Virus record (IMG/VR): IMGVR_UViG_3300036801_000108
Span: 1-50,014 of that record
Origin: a virus
Taxonomy: Duplodnaviria > Caudoviricetes
Strand: one strand, 5' to 3'
Length of the DNA: 50,014 nucleotides
Below the pieces are notes generated by a model. The model saw only the letters and a program-made list of their open reading frames with translations. It ran no database searches and was not told the origin of the DNA. Position numbers and translations under genes: made by a program. This document shows, piece after piece, positions 9,601-19,446 of this stretch (its first letter is position 1; each line of letters begins with the position of its first letter).

Positions 9601-12456
9601 CTTCGCTACGTTGTACGCGCCAAGCTGCGCTACCATGACATCGCCCGAGGGATATCCAAACATCGGAGCCACATCGTCCGGATCGAGCCCGTGCTCGCCA
9701 TAGTATTGCCGCGGTAGCATGGCTTTTTGTTCCGGGGTTAACTTGCTGGCATCCATCTTCACCGAGGTCATCGGGACTTTCTTGCCATGCAACTCGCCAG
9801 CGCCGAAGAACAAGTCCGCTGCCACATCCGGCCGTTGTTTAATCGATTCCGCTACCTCCTGCCGCAGCGCCTTGCGATTGTCCTTCCACTCCTTCGTCTG
9901 CTTCCGCGCCTGCTGTGTCATTTCTTGCTTCAACGCGTGGGCCGAATCGGCCTCGAATTGCTTTTGGGTCAGCCGGTCATAGTCACGGAATTGGCCAACC
10001 GGCATGCCGAAGGTGTTGGCGCGTTCGTAGGGTCGGGAGCCGCCGTCTTCGGGCACGGAGAGCTTCTCATCAAACGCCCTAGCATCCAACGGCTTGCCTT
10101 CCCGCGATCCAACTTCGCCGGTGGAGACCTTTTGGAAGATGTCTTCCCAAGTCGGGTCCTTGCCAAGGAGTTCGCCAATGCGGTTACGAATGGATTCGAA
10201 TAAGGCCTTTAGCTTTTCAAAGATGGTGTGGATTTCTGGGGTTGGTGCTTTGGCTCCACCTTCCCATTCTTTATAAGCGTCTGCTATCGCTTCTTCTAAT
10301 CGCAGTAAATGAGAGAGCTTTGGATAGCGCCCACCAATGTCAAATCTACCAAGCCAGTCATTGTCTATGGCTGCTTTTTCTAACGTACCCCATTCGCCTT
10401 TGTTAAAAAATCCATAGTTACGTAAATGATGTATAGCCTCATGTCTCATTGTACCTAAGGGCTCGGGTCCGTCAAGTGAATACAGAATAATTGGATATGA
10501 TTCACGTGTTGTTATATAAGCACCATGCGGTTCAATAGTTCCGCGTTGTTGTCCTTCAATACTATGTGCTTGTATACCTTGTACTGCTTGGACTGAAACC
10601 TTATTTGGAATAATCCTAGCAGCTTCTTCATTCACGATACGTGTGATTTCGGACTGTTTAGGAGTTAGTTCCCATTTAGGCTTGATATAAGCATTGATAT
10701 TATGCCCAAATTGTTCCCATTCCCCGCCAGCCAATGCTCTACCAAATGCTTCTACCTGCTTTTCCCACGCGGTGTCAGTTGTATCCAGCTTAACCGACGC
10801 CTCAGGCATCGACATCTCTTTGCCCGCACGCTCCCGCGCACCTGAGACTCGGTGGCCGGAAATGGATTCGGCATTGGGGAATTCGGCTTTGATCTGACGT
10901 AGGAGGTCACGCATCAATGCAGGGCCGAAGTCGCGTGGGCCTAGGCCATTGACGCCGGTGATGTTATCGACGTAGAGTTGCTTACCGCCTTTCTGTTCGG
11001 AGATGTTTAGGGCACCGATGGTATTGCCCTTTTCGTCAAGCATGTTAAAGTCATGGAAGCCTTGAGCAGGACCCCATCTATCATTTATGTTTATATCATG
11101 CGCAGTATTGTCATAACTTCTTTGTTCTGTTGAATTTAGTTTGTTCCAATCTATACCCTCATTCTCAGCAATATCCCTTCCTGTCTTCGCTTTCACCATC
11201 CGCTGTAATTCCAGCTTCCGGTCCCCAACACTCAGCAACGGCTCCAACGCTGCGGCTCCGCGTGAGGCTGAGAGGGGGTCGCCGAATGGAATCGGAGGCG
11301 GTTGGGCGGTATCGGCTTCGGCTTGGAGCTTGGCTTCGTTAGCAGTGATGCCAGTCGGGCGCATGCGGATATCGTCGCCGATTGCGTCAAATAGCTCAGG
11401 CTTGGCGTAGGCGACCCAGTCCGAGAACGGGACCCGAACATCGTCACCGGACGCACGAGCGGCGTTGAGTTGGGCCTCGATATCCGGCACCCAGCCGAGC
11501 AGGCCATCGTCAAGAGCCGGTGGCTTGTCACCATAGAGCCGGGCTACCGCGTTGCCGTCAATGCCGATCGAATCGGTTGTGTGGAGGTTGATGTAATCCT
11601 TAAGCTTCTCCGGCGCGAGTTCGGTTAGCGGTATCTTCTGCGCAGTGTCGGTGATGTCTTTGAGTTGCTCGACATCCTGTGCGTTTTGCTCAGTGCGGAA
11701 TTTGTCGTATTCAGGCAGGGCACCATGTGGTGGTTCTTTGCCATTGCGCAGGAATGGTAGTGCTGGTCGGAACTTGCCCAATGCGGACGATAGCCCAGCG
11801 AGCACTGCGCCATGCGGACCTAAACCTTGCAGCGTGGCTTGGAGCCCTGGGTCGGTTATCATCGAAGCTAGCTGTTCGCCAGATTCCTCACCTGCGGCAC
11901 CATAAGCCGCGCCGTAGATCAGTGCGTTGATCGGCCGGATCACGAACTCGGCAGCCATTGCACCGGCCCGGGCCTCGGCTTCGAGCAATCGGTTCTCGGG
12001 ACCCAGGGTTTGGTTGGGCGGGAACAGCATCTCGCCAAACGGCTGCTCACCAAGGCCACGAAGGAAGCCTTTTTGAATGGTGTTGGATTGTAGCCATTTG
12101 TTCACGTTCGATGGTAAGAACGACATCGACGAGATTTTTTGGCTCAGTTCGTCTAGCGCCGCGTAGTCATTACCTGCAATCTTCGGCACCATTGGATCGC
12201 TGGCGATGAATTGACGCAGGTAGTTATCGTTGTTAAGCAAATCGGCAGTGAGCGCGGCTTTGTGCTGGTGCTCGAAATTCTCCAGATCGCTATGAATCAC
12301 CGGAGCCGGGATGCCGGTTGCATCGGATAGCTGGACTGCGCGCGCGGCTTTGGCCGGATCATCCTCCAGCCCACCAATCGCCGCAGCCGTGGTCTGTCGT
12401 TGGAACGAGGTGATGAAGTCAGTCGGATCGGAGTTCAGGACCGGATCATTTTCCAT
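6655..12456 (-). CDS. Giant internal virion/ejection protein (T7 gp16 position), polyvalent-protein-like
   Basis: 1933 aa, last of three ejection-position genes; contains HEAIH and a GNAT-like segment. Confidence 0.75.
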   Translation of the reverse strand: MENDPVLNSDPTDFITSFQRQTTAAAIGGLEDDPAKAARAVQLSDATGIPAPVIHSDLENFEHQHKAALTADLLNNDNYLRQFIASDPMVPKIAGNDYAALDELSQKISSMSFLPSNVNKWLQSNTIQKGFLRGLGEQPFGEMLFPPNQTLGPENRLLEAEARAGAMAAEFVIRPINALIYGAAYGAAGEESGEQLASMITDPGLQATLQGLGPHGAVLAGLSSALGKFRPALPFLRNGKEPPHGALPEYDKFRTEQNAQDVEQLKDITDTAQKIPLTELAPEKLKDYINLHTTDSIGIDGNAVARLYGDKPPALDDGLLGWVPDIEAQLNAARASGDDVRVPFSDWVAYAKPELFDAIGDDIRMRPTGITANEAKLQAEADTAQPPPIPFGDPLSASRGAAALEPLLSVGDRKLELQRMVKAKTGRDIAENEGIDWNKLNSTEQRSYDNTAHDININDRWGPAQGFHDFNMLDEKGNTIGALNISEQKGGKQLYVDNITGVNGLGPRDFGPALMRDLLRQIKAEFPNAESISGHRVSGARERAGKEMSMPEASVKLDTTDTAWEKQVEAFGRALAGGEWEQFGHNINAYIKPKWELTPKQSEITRIVNEEAARIIPNKVSVQAVQGIQAHSIEGQQRGTIEPHGAYITTRESYPIILYSLDGPEPLGTMRHEAIHHLRNYGFFNKGEWGTLEKAAIDNDWLGRFDIGGRYPKLSHLLRLEEAIADAYKEWEGGAKAPTPEIHTIFEKLKALFESIRNRIGELLGKDPTWEDIFQKVSTGEVGSREGKPLDARAFDEKLSVPEDGGSRPYERANTFGMPVGQFRDYDRLTQKQFEADSAHALKQEMTQQARKQTKEWKDNRKALRQEVAESIKQRPDVAADLFFGAGELHGKKVPMTSVKMDASKLTPEQKAMLPRQYYGEHGLDPDDVAPMFGYPSGDVMVAQLGAYNVAKVMSKMSARDFVSRVIDTETDRQMQLQHGVLENNIIDAAQEHIASDVYQERVHQETLYYANKIGELPASRDNIRAKVREDFQGVPMAAIDTERLMNKIGQQGRAIEAAHRAEDWNTAFQLAQQREYNLTRVAEMKKVQAELGKFDTLAKRYAKRWDPTKPGSVDPSFQLMIRDILSKVQRPYGMSVQWLEESLADSGYKGLQDFVERTNREYGLEGIELPIADWLYDKGPGKAVPDLTVAEFRELNDSVASLHNFGRSIKQWDDQGRSADLTDLVGRLNETVQTKFPRVIDYGAEGKPSMIKRGVAWHTGLETLFARFDGRDPDGLFTRTFSYPAARAANAYNKLDRDFSAKYKAIGDIADPNKKMVSPIIDPKTGEPVRDFTRANMMTVVSNMGNDYNWRVFAKGWGYGEKQGPKSPQGLWDTVMRVAPPEMFDRAQKLGDVFNEAYELTRNVYGQLYGIAPEKISVRPVDLPDGRQLPGWYHPLIRDELRSPIREDDPNNPAYANFWPSTSNSYTKRRTGAIYTISLAQDMIPVKLNQVLHDVAFRQFVHETAKITRNKSFQAAVRDHYGAEYVETINHWLTKIAGNASYDSDTIGLMARWSSWMRQNVVASHIAYSATTIMKHGPTAAMFSTEEAGYKSFAKAWAETTPSAFADATLDLFGKSRDLGDSVTKFIEHESEEIERRTQNFQETISGSHLTATGSRFEAFRRKFIEIGSKGVAFSDRLSADPTWLAVYRDAIEETGDVARARDVADRAVRRAHGSTAVTNAPPVATNRGVLAPWLSTIYGFWGTRMQRLIELGHDTADAYHLGTSGEFTEAAKMFPTIARKTFVYMLWPMLVEEAVSAQFYEERKKGGLLSHALAYTFGTLGQSVIGIRDIFYALEHNREPAIGTLSTLLHDPVQLIRDAKKDRPLAKQNAGKFVHDALTTLGDFTGIGSAHIGSLAHYGIDLATGAQPKPRTAGEVFRGVVTGKQQKTRVD

Positions 12457-14191
12457 CAGAAGCCTTGGCTTTCGGCGGGTAGAGCTTCATAAGTTGGGTC
12501 CGGGTGTACGCGCGGTCCAGTTCGGATTCGGTCGGCTCACGGCCTTGATCAGCCAGATCGCCACGAGCCTTAGCCACAAAGTCTTGGTATTGCTTAGAAT
12601 TCCGGTCGGGCTTGAAGAACGGCTCGTCATTGGTTCCCCACCACGCACCCGGCACCGCGCGTGATTGGATCACCTGCGGGCCGATCTTGTCGATGACTTC
12701 TTCATACGTCGCGGGCTTGCCGTGGGATTGCTGCCACAGGTCTAGTGCCGATTGCAGGGTCCCAGTCATATGATCGTAGTCATCAGGGTTGCGGGCATCC
12801 CGGTGATAGACGCCAAGAGCCGCTAGCTCGCCACCACGAGCCGCGCGGAGCCAGCCTAGTGCTCGGTTCACCCGAGGATCGGAGTTTTGATTCTTCTTGT
12901 CGGCTTGTTGCCAACCCATTACCTCGCGCTGCTGGGCTTGGTTTAGCTGGAGCTTGGGATCGGACGGATCGAGCGAGAGGAAGGATTCGACATCGTTGTT
13001 GCGTAGGCCCATAACACGGGTTAGGGATTCTTGAGACCCGATCTTGTCTCGCGCGGCGTTGTAGGCGTTGATGCGTGCAGGAATCTTGAGTTGCTCGGAT
13101 TTTGGCAACGCGTCGATAGCAGCTGCAACCTTAGGATCAGTACGGAGTTCTTGGATATCCTTCACGCCATTTTGGATACCAGCAGCAATCGTTTGATTGT
13201 TATCCCAGCGAAATTGCTTATCGGCGTAGATTTTTTGGTTATACAGCCCGCGAAGGGCATCGGTGGTGTGCTTTGCAAGCATCGCGTCGTCAGGAGCGCG
13301 GGACTTGGCTTCGGCTTCGGCCTCGGCCTGCATCTTTTCAAATGAGACATCTGGCTTGCCGTCATCGCCGATGTGTTTGTTGATTATGTCTTGCGCGATA
13401 TTGACCGACCCCACCGCGCGCTTGGTGTTGTCAACGATGGTCAGCGCGCGGTCGTAGTCTTGCTGCGTCATCCCTTCTTTGCGTTTTTCCAATTCATCAG
13501 CCGCAGCGAACGGCTGGGTCCGGGTCATGTGTTGGATGACATTGAAGTCGAGCGAGGAGTTGATGGTTTTCTCTTGATACGCAGCGGAACTCTCGTCTTG
13601 CCCATGCAGCGCAGATAGCTGTCGACTGAGGCCTTTTAGATGCTGCCGCGCGGCATCGACATCATCGGGATTGTTGCTGGTCGCCGCGAGATCGGTCTGA
13701 GCCTTGATCTGGCTCTCAGTAGCATTGATCGCGTATTGTTTGTTAGCACTCGCCGCAACCCCGGCACCATTGAACACAGTCCGCGATCGGATGTTCAACG
13801 ATTCCGAATCGAACATCTTTTGCGACATGCCATTGCTAAGGCCATCGCGAATGGTCTTGCGTGCGGTATCGAGGTCTTGTTTGAAGCCGTTAGCGTAGTA
13901 ATCGACCGCGTCTTTGCCTTGCATCGCGCCGAGCTTGGCATGGATGTCGCCTGCGGCATCGGAGAACTTGGCTGTGGCTTCTTGCGCTTCGCTATGGTTC
14001 GCAAGGTCCTGCATGGCGAGGCCACGCTGGAAGATTTCACCGCCAACTTTATCGGCAACATCGCCAAGGTGCTGGGTCGCTGCGGCGATGTTAACGCCGA
14101 ATGCCTCGGGCCGCGCATCGACTTGGTACCGCGGAATCGGGTCCAGCGCTGGGGCAACGGACGGGACGCCGGTGTAGGGAACGGTTGGCAT
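12446..14191 (-). CDS. Internal virion protein (gp15 position)
   Basis: 581 aa helical protein starting MPTVPY with TGATG coupling; synteny. Confidence 0.7.
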   Translation of the reverse strand: MPTVPYTGVPSVAPALDPIPRYQVDARPEAFGVNIAAATQHLGDVADKVGGEIFQRGLAMQDLANHSEAQEATAKFSDAAGDIHAKLGAMQGKDAVDYYANGFKQDLDTARKTIRDGLSNGMSQKMFDSESLNIRSRTVFNGAGVAASANKQYAINATESQIKAQTDLAATSNNPDDVDAARQHLKGLSRQLSALHGQDESSAAYQEKTINSSLDFNVIQHMTRTQPFAAADELEKRKEGMTQQDYDRALTIVDNTKRAVGSVNIAQDIINKHIGDDGKPDVSFEKMQAEAEAEAKSRAPDDAMLAKHTTDALRGLYNQKIYADKQFRWDNNQTIAAGIQNGVKDIQELRTDPKVAAAIDALPKSEQLKIPARINAYNAARDKIGSQESLTRVMGLRNNDVESFLSLDPSDPKLQLNQAQQREVMGWQQADKKNQNSDPRVNRALGWLRAARGGELAALGVYHRDARNPDDYDHMTGTLQSALDLWQQSHGKPATYEEVIDKIGPQVIQSRAVPGAWWGTNDEPFFKPDRNSKQYQDFVAKARGDLADQGREPTESELDRAYTRTQLMKLYPPKAKASDGK

Positions 14192-14769
14192 CAGGGTGCT
14201 GTGCCTCCCCATGAGATTGGGCTAGAGGACTTGGTCCCGCCCCACATTCCGGCTTGTTGCCCAGCGCCCCATTTGCTAGAAACGGAGCCGATAGTGCCGA
14301 GGATCGAGGCCGTGGCATTGATATCCCCAGCAGTCTTGGCGTTTTGCCCTGCCATCACGTCGAGGCTCGCTTGGTTCAGGTCCATATCGGATTTGACACT
14401 AAAGTCGTAGGCCACCTTCGCGGCATTGGCGCGGATTTGTGCGAGATCGATCCCGGTGATGGCGCGTTGGGAATCCTGCACCCGTGCATTGGACCCGGAG
14501 TTCACATCAATATTGCTCGCGCCTTGCACCGCGCGGATTTGTCCAGCAACCTGCGCGCCTTTCATCCCTTCGATCCCGGCCTGCCGCTCGCCTTGGTCCA
14601 GCGCGTAGTCCCGGTTCTGGAGATCAATCTTGGAATTGATCCGCGCGACCCCGGCTTGGTAGTTGTACATCTGCTGCTGGGCTTGACCCTGCCGCTCGGC
14701 GCCGAATGCCGAAAGCAGGCCCCCGGCCAGCGAGGTGCCTAGGCCAATCGAACCGACCGCTGCTGCCAT
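14191..14769 (-). CDS. Internal virion protein (gp14-like)
   Basis: Gly/Ala/Gln-rich; starts MAAAVGS; GASNIDVNSGS motif; synteny. Confidence 0.75.
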   Translation of the reverse strand: MAAAVGSIGLGTSLAGGLLSAFGAERQGQAQQQMYNYQAGVARINSKIDLQNRDYALDQGERQAGIEGMKGAQVAGQIRAVQGASNIDVNSGSNARVQDSQRAITGIDLAQIRANAAKVAYDFSVKSDMDLNQASLDVMAGQNAKTAGDINATASILGTIGSVSSKWGAGQQAGMWGGTKSSSPISWGGTAP

Positions 14770-15191
14770 TGTGATGCTTCTATTGTGAATGGAAGGAATC
14801 GACCCTGTGGCTCGCCGAACTTGGCGCCGAGCCAGTGAAGCCAGCGGAGGGAGCGTGGTGCATCGGTAGTGCCGTGGCCAACGATGACTGGGAATTCTTG
14901 GAGCATTTCCTGAACCATGCGCTGGGAATGGCGGATGAAGACGAAGACATGCTCGGTCATGTGGTGCGTGGTGTAGAGCCAGAGGTACGCGCGGTTGCTG
15001 AGCATGGTTGGCGGGATCAGGCCGAATGCGCAAAGGATCGCATCGTCGTTGAACCCGATCCACACCCGTGAAGAATTGCTCATGGTCCGTTGCATGGTTT
15101 CCTGATCCACGCTAGATAGCATTGCAAGGTGATCGGGAAAAATCAAGTCGTATGCTTCGGCACCGGGGATGCTGGTGATGCGCGCGGTCAT
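14739..15191 (-). CDS. T7 gp13-like (GNAT-fold) virion assembly protein
   Basis: AFGL...YLWLYTT...SLRWLHWLGAKF pattern; follows tail tubular B. Confidence 0.7.
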   Translation of the reverse strand: MTARITSIPGAEAYDLIFPDHLAMLSSVDQETMQRTMSNSSRVWIGFNDDAILCAFGLIPPTMLSNRAYLWLYTTHHMTEHVFVFIRHSQRMVQEMLQEFPVIVGHGTTDAPRSLRWLHWLGAKFGEPQGRFLPFTIEASQWQQRSVRLA

Positions 15192-18019
15192 CGGTCGCGT
15201 TGACCTCCATCGCCAATAGTGACTTCGGGAAATACGCCAAGGACGGTGGCAGGGTAGGGAAGGGATTGTTGGATGCAGAACTGGCCCGGGACGGTGTAAG
15301 TTGGATCGAGGATGGTGCGCGCGTCGCCGTTGACGAGGTTGGTGACGACTTGGGATGGTTGGCCGGTAAGCATCGAGGACACGTTGCCTTGGATCAGGTC
15401 TTTCATCGGGGTCATTGCCGCGTCAAAGCTGGAGCCGATGGATAGGCCAAGGGTGTCGGCCACGCGGACATCGACAGAGTTGATCTTCTTGACCTTGCCT
15501 TGGATAGTGGGATCGCCAAGGTCAAGGGGCAGGGTTTGAAGGCTGCATGTGTAGGCAAGGCCGATGATGACGTTGGAATAGCCGCCGGATGGGAATGGCT
15601 GGCCGGGCAGAGTGAAGGTGCCGTCTGTAGGCATCACGAATGGAGTGATCACCGTAGTATTGCCGAGGTTATCGGTCTGGAGCCCGGTGACGAATTGGCC
15701 GCCGAGGAAGCCTGCGCCGGAGAAGGTGAGCGCAGGGGTGCCAGTGTATTGGATGCCGCAATCCACACACCAAGCGTTTTCGACACCGCCTACGAAGGTC
15801 CGCTCGGCTATGCGTTCGATATATTTCACTAGCTGGCCGTTGATGAACCGGGTGACCACGACATAGATCGCGTCCACTTCGCCTGCGGTGATGGTGTTCT
15901 CGACCACAGTGGCAACGGACTGAAACACGCCATTGGTAATATGGTGAGCCCAGCCAATGAATTCTTGCTCTTTGAGAAAGGTCAACGAGAGCAATTGGCC
16001 ATCGTTGCGTACGGCCCAGACGACTTTGAAGGGTTCTTCCGCCCATGCCCATTCGGTGATCTGATAGCCGTAGAAGAGGTGGGAGCTTATGATTGAAATG
16101 TCGGTACCGGTGAAGACGTTGGCGTAGATGTTGTAGCTGGAATCGCGAATGACCGAACCTTTGGCCTGGATGTAGAGTACGTCAAAGTTCGCGACAATTG
16201 GCGGGACATCGGAGATGCCGCTGAATGATTGTGGGTTCGCAGCGATCGAGGTCGGGGTTACTGGCGATCCGGAGGTGCCGCCGTTCACGAGCCAGGAATT
16301 GCGGTCGGTGAAGAACAGAAGCCCGGCGGTCTGTGGGATCATCGCGCGGATGGTGTTGAGTTGGCCTGAGACCAAGGTCGCGGTGATGGAATCGTCGGGC
16401 TGGGTAATGGTAGAGATGTCGAAGTTGTAATATGCCCCAGGCTTGGACATGATGAATTCTTGCGGACTGTTGACCAGCCCAGCAAGCACGAGGCGTTGTT
16501 GGAAGAAGCCTGGAACGGTAGGGTTGCCATTGGCCGTGGCGCCAATGGCCGCGGTTCCGGTTGCCCCGCCACCGGAGAAGGTAACGGTTGGTGGAGAGCC
16601 ATAGCCAGTGCCGGGAGAGGTGACGCCAACGGAGGCCACGCCGAAGGTCAGGGTGACTTGACCTGTGACGATCACGCCGCTACCGACTACGTTGACTGGC
16701 TGGCCAGACATGGAGCCGCTGTATAAGCCACCAGTGGATACAATTGCGCTGGCAATGCCTTCATTAATATCGACCGCAGTGACTTGAATAAAGGTACCAC
16801 CGCCTACGGAATAGACTTGGCCCACAGTGTAACCAGCACCCGGAGTGGAAACGACGAGGCTGGTAGCGGTCATAAAGGCAATAGCTGAGGCTCCAGAACC
16901 ACCACCGCCAGAGAAGGAAATAGTGGGGGCTGCTATGGGGACCGAGCCCGGAGTATAGGACCCTGGAGCAGTTACTGCAACCGATGCTACTCCCGTGCCG
17001 ACAAATGGATTCTGTGGCAGCGGTGGCACTTGGGAGAAATCCGGGCCGATGTTGGAGTCGATGAAGTTGACATCGGTGCAGTTGCCAACGAAGCCGAATT
17101 GAGAACCGGCAGGGACCGCACCAGCTAGGGAGATTTCGGCCCGATAGACATTGTAGCTAACGGCACCGCCAACTGCGGACCATGAAACAGTATTGGTGCC
17201 AGGGGTAGTGCGAATGTCCTCAGATGAAGCAAGGACCGCGAAGTTGGATGGTGCGGATTCTTGACCGGTGGTATCGACCGCGGTGATGACGTAAGCATAG
17301 TTCGCGTCGCCAGCGCTGAGGGTAGTGGCGACTGACTGGCCAGTGGGAGCAGGTAATGTGGCGCCGAAAGTAATTTGACCAAGGGTCCAGTTGGCCGCGG
17401 AGTTGAGGACAAGGGAGTAGGGTAGGTGGTTGGGGTGGCAGAGGATCAGGTTGTTGACGGACTGGGCGAATTTGAGTTGGGCTAGTTCGCCTCCGGTGTA
17501 TGGCGAGGTAATGACATAGACCCGTTGAACCGAAGCCGGGATGGTGAATGGATTGACGTTGATGGCGTTGCCAAATAGATCGGTAAGGGTAAATGCGTCG
17601 GTTGATGCGGTGCCAATGCGGTAGTAGTTGCCTTGGATGAATACCCAATCGCCAACGCCATAGCCGTGGGCTGTGTCGTTGAAGGTCCAAGGAGCAGAGG
17701 GAGTGGTGCTGGTGATGGTGGTAGCGGTTTCAAGAACCGGCGCGCCGTTGTTGTAGAACCGGACATAGCCGTCACCGAACTCGCAGATATAGCCAACGGC
17801 AAAGCTGGCTTGGAAGGGGATTAGGCGGACGGGAGCGGTGGAGTTGAAGCATTGGAGGATATATTTGGTGCCGGGCCGGGTGGATGCACCGCCGCGATAG
17901 TCGACGAAGAAGTTCTCAAGCAGCGCGGCACCTGAGCGGTACTTGGCCATATCCACGCGAGCAAAGAGCTTAGGGCTCCATTCGCCTGAGTTGAAGGATG
18001 CTTGGAGAGCGGTTGGCAA
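15188..18019 (-). CDS. Tail tubular protein B (nozzle)
   Basis: QASFNSGEWSP..ARVD...RPGT N-terminus, FFQQRLVLAG and WAHH motifs; 943 aa. Confidence 0.88.
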   Translation of the reverse strand: MPTALQASFNSGEWSPKLFARVDMAKYRSGAALLENFFVDYRGGASTRPGTKYILQCFNSTAPVRLIPFQASFAVGYICEFGDGYVRFYNNGAPVLETATTITSTTPSAPWTFNDTAHGYGVGDWVFIQGNYYRIGTASTDAFTLTDLFGNAINVNPFTIPASVQRVYVITSPYTGGELAQLKFAQSVNNLILCHPNHLPYSLVLNSAANWTLGQITFGATLPAPTGQSVATTLSAGDANYAYVITAVDTTGQESAPSNFAVLASSEDIRTTPGTNTVSWSAVGGAVSYNVYRAEISLAGAVPAGSQFGFVGNCTDVNFIDSNIGPDFSQVPPLPQNPFVGTGVASVAVTAPGSYTPGSVPIAAPTISFSGGGGSGASAIAFMTATSLVVSTPGAGYTVGQVYSVGGGTFIQVTAVDINEGIASAIVSTGGLYSGSMSGQPVNVVGSGVIVTGQVTLTFGVASVGVTSPGTGYGSPPTVTFSGGGATGTAAIGATANGNPTVPGFFQQRLVLAGLVNSPQEFIMSKPGAYYNFDISTITQPDDSITATLVSGQLNTIRAMIPQTAGLLFFTDRNSWLVNGGTSGSPVTPTSIAANPQSFSGISDVPPIVANFDVLYIQAKGSVIRDSSYNIYANVFTGTDISIISSHLFYGYQITEWAWAEEPFKVVWAVRNDGQLLSLTFLKEQEFIGWAHHITNGVFQSVATVVENTITAGEVDAIYVVVTRFINGQLVKYIERIAERTFVGGVENAWCVDCGIQYTGTPALTFSGAGFLGGQFVTGLQTDNLGNTTVITPFVMPTDGTFTLPGQPFPSGGYSNVIIGLAYTCSLQTLPLDLGDPTIQGKVKKINSVDVRVADTLGLSIGSSFDAAMTPMKDLIQGNVSSMLTGQPSQVVTNLVNGDARTILDPTYTVPGQFCIQQSLPYPATVLGVFPEVTIGDGGQRDR

Positions 18020-18028
18020 GGAAGGTCC

Positions 18029-19171
18029 TCAGAACATCGGGAAGTAGGAGCCCCAGTCGTAGCCTTGATAGGGGCCGGAGTACATAGTGCCATCAGCGTA
18101 GGCGATGCCGCGAATTCGAATCCAATCCGGGGTCACGTCGTTGATGGTGAGGCCTTCGTTGCCGTCGTCTTGGCGTGCGGACATAATGGCGTCGTTAGCC
18201 ATTTTCACGAGTTGGTTCGAGAAGTCCCGGTTGCCTTTGAGCGCCATTTGCAACTGGGCGCCACCGATCATGTAGAGGGCTTCGCGGAATGTCGGGTCGA
18301 AGAGGTTCGGGTCGGTGACCTGTTGGGTGTAGGCGAGCGTGGCGAATTCTTGATTAGTGAGGATAACGCGCTGGGAGGCTGGAGCGGTGGTGAAGGTTAG
18401 GTTGAAGGTCGCGCCAGTGCCTGCACCAGTGGTCGAGCCTTGGGGCACAGCGTTGTTGCCGACGGTGCCGGAGTAATCGTAGAAGTACGAGCCGCCAATT
18501 GGTGTGGCATCGCCAGTGACTTGACCAACCACGGCGACGGTACCGATAACCCCGGCTGGTGCGGTAAGGACTTGAAGGACAACGGCTGCGCCCTGTGGTG
18601 CGCCAGCAAGGAAGGTGGTGAGCTTGTTGGTGAGACCGTTGACGGTGGGTTCGAGAGCGACCACGATAAGATCGCCAACAGCGTAACCGGTTCCACCAGC
18701 ATTGATCGCCGCTGCGGATACTGAATAGAACTGATCGTTCTGGACCTTGAACCGAACTGGTTGGCCCCACCAATAGGACGAGGCGCCACCAGTAACGGCT
18801 GTGGTGATCGGGACCCCGCCAGCGAAGCCGGTTTGGGTCGATGGAATCACCCAGCGCGGTTGAAGGCAATCGACGGGGTATTGGTATTCATAGGCCCAAG
18901 GCGGGGCTGGTTGGCCAGGGGCCCAGAGGTTGGTGGCTGCCGAAGTGTTCTCCGGGGTCCCGGTTTGCGAGGTGATGTAAGTCAGGTTCGCGGTCCGCAT
19001 TGCGCAGTTCCAGGGTGCCTTGCGCAAGAGGGTATCGCGGAGTTCGGCGTAGATCAAGTTGAATTGGATGGCTTCGTTGGTGGTGTTGCCTGCGATCTCA
19101 GCATCAGTCACGGACGTGCGTGTGCCGATCTTTTGAAGCATTCGGTTGCATACGTCCGTGACCGAGGTCAT
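18029..19171 (-). CDS. Tail tubular protein A (adaptor) with an inserted domain
   Basis: VCNRML.KIG, PWNCA, WAYEYQYPVDC and FDPTFREAL motifs; Gly/Thr-rich insertion. Confidence 0.8.
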   Translation of the reverse strand: MTSVTDVCNRMLQKIGTRTSVTDAEIAGNTTNEAIQFNLIYAELRDTLLRKAPWNCAMRTANLTYITSQTGTPENTSAATNLWAPGQPAPPWAYEYQYPVDCLQPRWVIPSTQTGFAGGVPITTAVTGGASSYWWGQPVRFKVQNDQFYSVSAAAINAGGTGYAVGDLIVVALEPTVNGLTNKLTTFLAGAPQGAAVVLQVLTAPAGVIGTVAVVGQVTGDATPIGGSYFYDYSGTVGNNAVPQGSTTGAGTGATFNLTFTTAPASQRVILTNQEFATLAYTQQVTDPNLFDPTFREALYMIGGAQLQMALKGNRDFSNQLVKMANDAIMSARQDDGNEGLTINDVTPDWIRIRGIAYADGTMYSGPYQGYDWGSYFPMF

Positions 19172-19446
19172 TTCACATTACCTTTTATAATGAATCCATG
19201 CCATCCGCAGCAATCTGGACCATTGCAATTTATTGATGGAGTGAGCGTTGGAGCTTCTTCATTATGATCCCAATCCCATGTATTTGCTCCAATAATCGGC
19301 CAAGGCTTGAGGAGTACACTACATTCATGCCTTGGCCGATGTGGGCAATTGAAATATATACGATCTCGGTTAGGTCCATAATGATCAATACGGACCATCC
19401 TTTTAGTGGCGTCCTTGCGTTCCGCAGCAACCGTGGTTGGTTCCAT
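19168..19446 (-). CDS. DUF6527-like Cys/His small protein
   Basis: FNCP...WDW....PTLTPSI....CGWHGFIIKG pattern; AT-rich; start uncertain. Confidence 0.65.
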   Translation of the reverse strand: MEPTTVAAERKDATKRMVRIDHYGPNRDRIYFNCPHRPRHECSVLLKPWPIIGANTWDWDHNEEAPTLTPSINCNGPDCCGWHGFIIKGNVK

